This document shows positions 8,558-11,964 of a stretch of DNA of 11,964 nucleotides, piece after piece. The position numbers and the translations under genes are program-made. Position 1 is the first letter of the stretch. Every line of letters starts with the position of its first letter. The notes under the pieces were generated by a model, which saw only the letters and a program-made list of their open reading frames with translations, did no database searches and had not been told where the DNA came from. This stretch comes from Candidatus Eiseniibacteriota bacterium. Lineage in GTDB: Bacteria > Arandabacterota > Arandabacteria > Arandabacterales > Arandabacteraceae. The DNA is taken from the NCBI GenBank assembly GCA_043810925.1, contig JBDRNT010000078.1, forward strand, positions 1 to 11,964, in the 5' to 3' direction.

Positions 8558-8566
8558 GATCACCTC
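8558..8566 (-). promoter_or_regulatory. Extended Shine-Dalgarno (GAGGTGATC) for mocA, containing the yqeC UGA stop
   Basis: 9-nt complement of the conserved 16S rRNA 3' tail (GAUCACCUC). GAGGTGA ends 6 nt before GTG 8553. Confidence 0.75.
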
Positions 8567-9360
8567 AATACCAGAAATCCACTCCGGCCTGCTCCCTGAA
8601 GTGAACCTATGGCGACCCTGTCCACATCCGGGTGCTCCTTGAGTGCAAGGCCTATACTCAGCGGCGATCCGCCACCGCGGAAGCAGTGCTGGTCAAACCT
8701 CCCCGTATCCACCTTGTTGATCAGAATCACAAGCCTCGCACCGCCGGGCCTCCTGCCGAGATAGGATTCTGATGACAGGATTGCCTCCATCAACACCGGC
8801 TGGCTCACCTCGGAGTCGAGCTCAACACCTGCGACTCTGGCCACGTCCTCGGGATTGAAGACCTCCCGAGATGTCAGAGGCTTGTGAAAACTGTCGGCTC
8901 CTACGACCACGATATACACCGTCGTCGATCCGGCGAGCGGAGGTTCGGTCTCTCTCGGGACCTTAAGCGATCGTCCCATGGCCCCGTCGCATTCAGCAAC
9001 AACGGTACGCTCCTCGTCATCAGAGTGGAGCCGCTCCACGAACTCCGGACTGAAACCGGTTATCTTCGTATCGACCTTCTTAAGACCCGCCAGCACCGTC
9101 CGTGCACTCTTCATTCCCCCGGTGATCCTGCGGGCCGTCGCATCGGTTTCCGGTCCAAGGATCACGCTCGAGACCTCGCTTGGACGCGGATACAACAGTC
9201 GCGTGGTCGTTGTGAGCAAGGTGCGGTGTCCTGCCAAGGAGAGCTCTTTTCCCAGTCCATACATCAGGGAGGTCTTTCCGCCGGCACCCACAATACTCAC
9301 CAGGTCACCGCGGGACACACCCAGCACATCAGTAAGCGACGTCCTAAGATCAATCCTCAC
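8560..9360 (-). CDS. yqeC: Selenium cofactor biosynthesis/accessory protein YqeC
   Basis: 266 aa. VSIVGAGGKTSLM, LLTTTTR, AECDGA..RSLKVP..TEP, INKVD. GTG start overlaps the upstream stop (GTGA). yqeB, mocA and xdhC are neighbours. Confidence 0.9.
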   Translation of the reverse strand: MRIDLRTSLTDVLGVSRGDLVSIVGAGGKTSLMYGLGKELSLAGHRTLLTTTTRLLYPRPSEVSSVILGPETDATARRITGGMKSARTVLAGLKKVDTKITGFSPEFVERLHSDDEERTVVAECDGAMGRSLKVPRETEPPLAGSTTVYIVVVGADSFHKPLTSREVFNPEDVARVAGVELDSEVSQPVLMEAILSSESYLGRRPGGARLVILINKVDTGRFDQHCFRGGGSPLSIGLALKEHPDVDRVAIGSLQGAGRSGFLVLR

Positions 9361-10529
9361 TTCTTCACTTTCGCGACCGTGCGCTCGATCAGACCCAGGG
9401 CTTTGTTGATGTTCTCGATCGAATTCGCATATGAAAGCCTCAGATATCCCTCACCGTACTTGCCGAAGGCCGTCCCCGGCAGGACAGCGACACCGGCTTC
9501 ATTGAGCAGGAGATCGGCGAGTTCCCTGGCCGGTATGCCGGTGCCCTGTATGTTGGGAAACACATAGAAAGCGCCCTTGGGACGGAGACACGATATACCG
9601 GGTATCCGGTTGAGTCCGTCGACGATCACGTCCCTTCTTTTCTTAAACTCCCGGACCATCTTCTCGGATGCGCTTTGATCGCCCCTCAGGCCTTCTACTC
9701 CTGCAACCTGAGAGAACGTGCACGTACATGAAGTCGCATTGATCTGTAACTTCGTGAGAGCGGCCGCAAGTTTTTCAGGCATGATCCCATAACCGAGCCG
9801 CCAACCGGTCATCGCATACGTCTTTGAGTAGCCGTCGAGCACGATCGTGTGCTCCCTCATACCGGGCAGGGCGGCGATGCTCAGGTGCTCGCCCTCATAA
9901 AGCAGTTTTGAGTAGACTTCATCAGTGAGCACCCAGATGTCATGCTCACGTGCCAACTTGGCGATCGCCTCCAGGTCATCTCTGCAAAGCACCCCACCGG
10001 TGGGATTCTGGGGCGAGTTGAAGATCATCATTTTGGTCTTGGGCGTAATCAGTTTGCCCAGTTCATCCGCGTCGAAGCAGAACTCTTTGCTTTCTTCGAG
10101 CTTTATGGGAACCGCCTTTGCGCCAAGGAACTCGATCACGGATTCATAGATCGGAAAACCCGGATTGGGGTAGATCACTTCATCGCCCTCGTCGACGAGC
10201 GCGAGCATACTGAAAAACATGATCGGCTTTGCGCCCGGGGTGACCACGACCTGTTCGGGTTTGATATCGAGATTCTTGTCCTTCCCGACCACATCGGCAA
10301 TCGCCTGTCTCAGTTCGGGAATTCCCTGGGCGGGGCAGTAGTGAGTATAACCGTCCCAGATCGCTTTGGCACCGGACTCTCTGATGTTGTCTGGAGTATC
10401 GAAGTCCGGCTCGCCTATCTCGAGATGAATGACCTCTTTGCCCGTAGCCTCAATTGCCTTGGCCCTGGCCAGCACTTCGAATGCACTCTCTGTTCCCAGT
10501 CTTGACATTCGCTCGGCAAACTTGATCAC
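9357..10529 (-). CDS. Class I PLP-dependent aminotransferase (aspartate aminotransferase-like)
   Basis: IHLEIGEPDF, THYC..QGIPELR, TPGAK, NSPQNPTG, DEVY, PLP lysine in DGYSKTYAMTGWRLGY, GAFY, YLRLSYA. Start set at GTG 10529, 7 nt after GGAGGT (10537-10542). Confidence 0.92.
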   Translation of the reverse strand: MIKFAERMSRLGTESAFEVLARAKAIEATGKEVIHLEIGEPDFDTPDNIRESGAKAIWDGYTHYCPAQGIPELRQAIADVVGKDKNLDIKPEQVVVTPGAKPIMFFSMLALVDEGDEVIYPNPGFPIYESVIEFLGAKAVPIKLEESKEFCFDADELGKLITPKTKMMIFNSPQNPTGGVLCRDDLEAIAKLAREHDIWVLTDEVYSKLLYEGEHLSIAALPGMREHTIVLDGYSKTYAMTGWRLGYGIMPEKLAAALTKLQINATSCTCTFSQVAGVEGLRGDQSASEKMVREFKKRRDVIVDGLNRIPGISCLRPKGAFYVFPNIQGTGIPARELADLLLNEAGVAVLPGTAFGKYGEGYLRLSYANSIENINKALGLIERTVAKVKK

Positions 10530-10554
10530 GACCGGCACCTCCGTTTCTGTTTTC

Positions 10555-10977
10555 CTAACCCAGTGTGAGTGTCTTTAGTCCCGTTTGGGAATCGAGTTTA
10601 CGTGTTAGCTTCTGCGGTGTCGCGAGGACCGCTACCTCGGCTGTCATGTGCACCTGCGCGCCCGAGACGTGACCTGCAAGAGCGCCGCCGTCCCTCTTGC
10701 CCACAACGGCATGAGCATGAATCACAAGTTCTCCATCAAGCGTGGAGATGTTTCCGTTGAGTGAACACAACTCGGCCTCCTCGGCCAGAGGTACGCTCTC
10801 GTACTCGCCGTGCCCTATGTAAAACGACAGAGCGGCGTTCTTAACCATACCGACTCCACCGAGTATGATCCCCGAGAAGATGCCTTCTTCCGTCAAAACC
10901 TTTTCGATTCCGCCCATGAGATCCTCGCCATCCGCGAAACGAACCACCAGAAGATCTCCCTGCTTGTTCTTCTCCAC
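10555..10977 (-). CDS. PPC/DUF296 domain protein (AF0104/ALDC-like fold, putative Zn-binding)
   Basis: About 140 aa. VVRF..GEDL, GGVG, ELCSLNGNI, HAH....G...G...AGH, TAEV, RKLD..TGL. GTG start at 10977 just after the stop of the upstream gene; the longer ORF-track start (11109) overlaps that gene. Confidence 0.88.
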   Translation of the reverse strand: MEKNKQGDLLVVRFADGEDLMGGIEKVLTEEGIFSGIILGGVGMVKNAALSFYIGHGEYESVPLAEEAELCSLNGNISTLDGELVIHAHAVVGKRDGGALAGHVSGAQVHMTAEVAVLATPQKLTRKLDSQTGLKTLTLG

Positions 10978-10981
10978 AATG

Positions 10982-11458
10982 CTACCCCCCTGCTTTCCTG
11001 ATCGAGGCTTCCTCGACCGCATCGACCACCTTCTTATAGCCCGTACATCTGCAGAGGACGCCCGATATGGCCTGTCGTATCTCGTCCCTGGAGGGATGCC
11101 GTATCTCACTTAGAAGAGCCTTTGCCACAAGTATCATCGCGGGTGTACAGAAACCGCATTGTATGGCCCCCTTCTCAATGAAGCACTGCTGCACTATGTC
11201 GAGCTTCTCCCCACCCGAGAGACCCTCTATCGTGGTTATCGATTTTCCGTCAGCCTGGAACGCAAACATGATGCACGAAAGCGCGGGTTTCCCATCAAGG
11301 AGCACAGTACAGCTGCCGCAATCACCCTTGCCGCACCCCTGCCTCGTACCAAGCAGACCCATGTGCTCCCTGAGAAAAGACAGCATGTTCATGCCTGGTT
11401 CGATCTCCGCATCGACGGGTTTATCGTTGACCCTGAGACTGATCTTGACTTTGCTCAT
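10982..11458 (-). CDS. (2Fe-2S)-binding small subunit of a xanthine dehydrogenase family Mo hydroxylase (CoxS/CutS-like)
   Basis: 158 aa. Cluster motifs GCGKGDCGSCTV..SC and QCGFCTP...CRCTGY. ATG 11458 follows GGAGGA (11461-11466, short spacing). Confidence 0.95.
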   Translation of the reverse strand: MSKVKISLRVNDKPVDAEIEPGMNMLSFLREHMGLLGTRQGCGKGDCGSCTVLLDGKPALSCIMFAFQADGKSITTIEGLSGGEKLDIVQQCFIEKGAIQCGFCTPAMILVAKALLSEIRHPSRDEIRQAISGVLCRCTGYKKVVDAVEEASIRKAGG

Positions 11459-11474
11459 TGTCCTCCGCAAACCC

Positions 11475-11964
11475 TCAGAGGTAGTCCGCAACCGAATCGA
11501 CATTCGCGGGGATATCGGCGATTTCGACCGCTCCCTCGAGACTTGTCGGATCCTTAAGCCCGCTACCAGTCACCAGAACCGCAACACTCTCATTCCTGGC
11601 TATTATGCCCTCTTCTATTGCCTTCCGGGCGCCGGCAAACCCAGCGGCCCCGGCAGGCTCTGCGAATATACCCGCCTTCCGGCCGAGAAGCAACATGGCT
11701 GCGATTATCTCATCATCGCTCACCGCTACACCGTTGCCACCCGAATCCCCGACGGCTTTGACCGCTTTCCGCCAGTTGCGGGGCGTGCCGCAACGGATGC
11801 TGTCGGCAATAGTGCAGGCCTCGACCGGGGACACGTCACACGAAGCGTGACACGCATCCACGATCGGTTTGCACCCACTTGCCTGGACGGCCAGCATCCT
11901 GGGCAGCTTCGATGTCTGGCCGAGCATCTTGAGTTCTCTGAATGCCTTCCACTGGCCGCTTATG
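11475..11964 (-). CDS. Threonine synthase-like fold-type II PLP enzyme, C-terminal part (5' truncated by the window edge)
   Basis: The frame stays open to the edge: ISGQWKAFRELKMLG..LPRMLAVQASG, TIADSI..GTPRN, AVSDDEI, GIFAEPAGAA, VTGSGLKD. The PLP lysine region is outside the window. Confidence 0.85.
   Translation of the reverse strand, partial: ISGQWKAFRELKMLGQTSKLPRMLAVQASGCKPIVDACHASCDVSPVEACTIADSIRCGTPRNWRKAVKAVGDSGGNGVAVSDDEIIAAMLLLGRKAGIFAEPAGAAGFAGARKAIEEGIIARNESVAVLVTGSGLKDPTSLEGAVEIADIPANVDSVADYL

Noticed and set aside
10978..11109. N-terminal extensions from the ORF track (PPC from 11109; likewise 11503, 10538, 7182, 5473)
   Set aside because: They overlap upstream genes or their own RBS. 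Downstream starts give better Shine-Dalgarno placement and family-typical N-termini.
5457..11458. Aerobic CO dehydrogenase (coxMS) assignment
   Set aside because: S and M subunits are not substrate-diagnostic and the large-subunit motif is not visible. The yqeB/yqeC/ygeY/ade context favours a purine-type hydroxylase.
125..11850. Many long plus-strand ORFs (e.g. 878-1570, 2023-2847, 7366-8244, 8884-9567) and short alternative-frame minus ORFs
   Set aside because: They lie over well-supported minus-strand genes, have no recognisable motifs and show Ser/Pro/Arg-rich shadow composition typical of GC-rich DNA.
122..11964. Internal selenocysteine codons, pseudogenes, tRNA or rRNA genes
   Set aside because: All fully visible CDS look full length and uninterrupted, and no intergenic gap is large enough for a structural RNA.

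Overview
Gene-dense, GC-rich bacterial window. Thirteen CDS lie on the minus strand, packed head-to-tail as one apparent operon. Transcription order (right to left): threonine-synthase-like PLP enzyme (truncated by the window edge), 2Fe-2S small subunit of a xanthine-dehydrogenase-family Mo hydroxylase, PPC/DUF296 protein, class I PLP aminotransferase, YqeC, MocA-like NTP transferase, XdhC/CoxI chaperone, YqeB, FAD-binding medium subunit, YgeY-like M20 amidohydrolase, RarA/MgsA AAA+ ATPase, adenine deaminase, BMP/PnrA-type lipoprotein. This reads as a selenium-dependent molybdenum hydroxylase / purine uptake and degradation locus with unexpected passengers (ThrC-like enzyme, PPC protein, aminotransferase, RarA). 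The Mo-binding large subunit and selD are not in the window. Bases 1-111 form a small element with perfect 29-bp terminal inverted repeats (MITE/REPIN-like). All family calls come from motif recognition by eye; no database searches were run.
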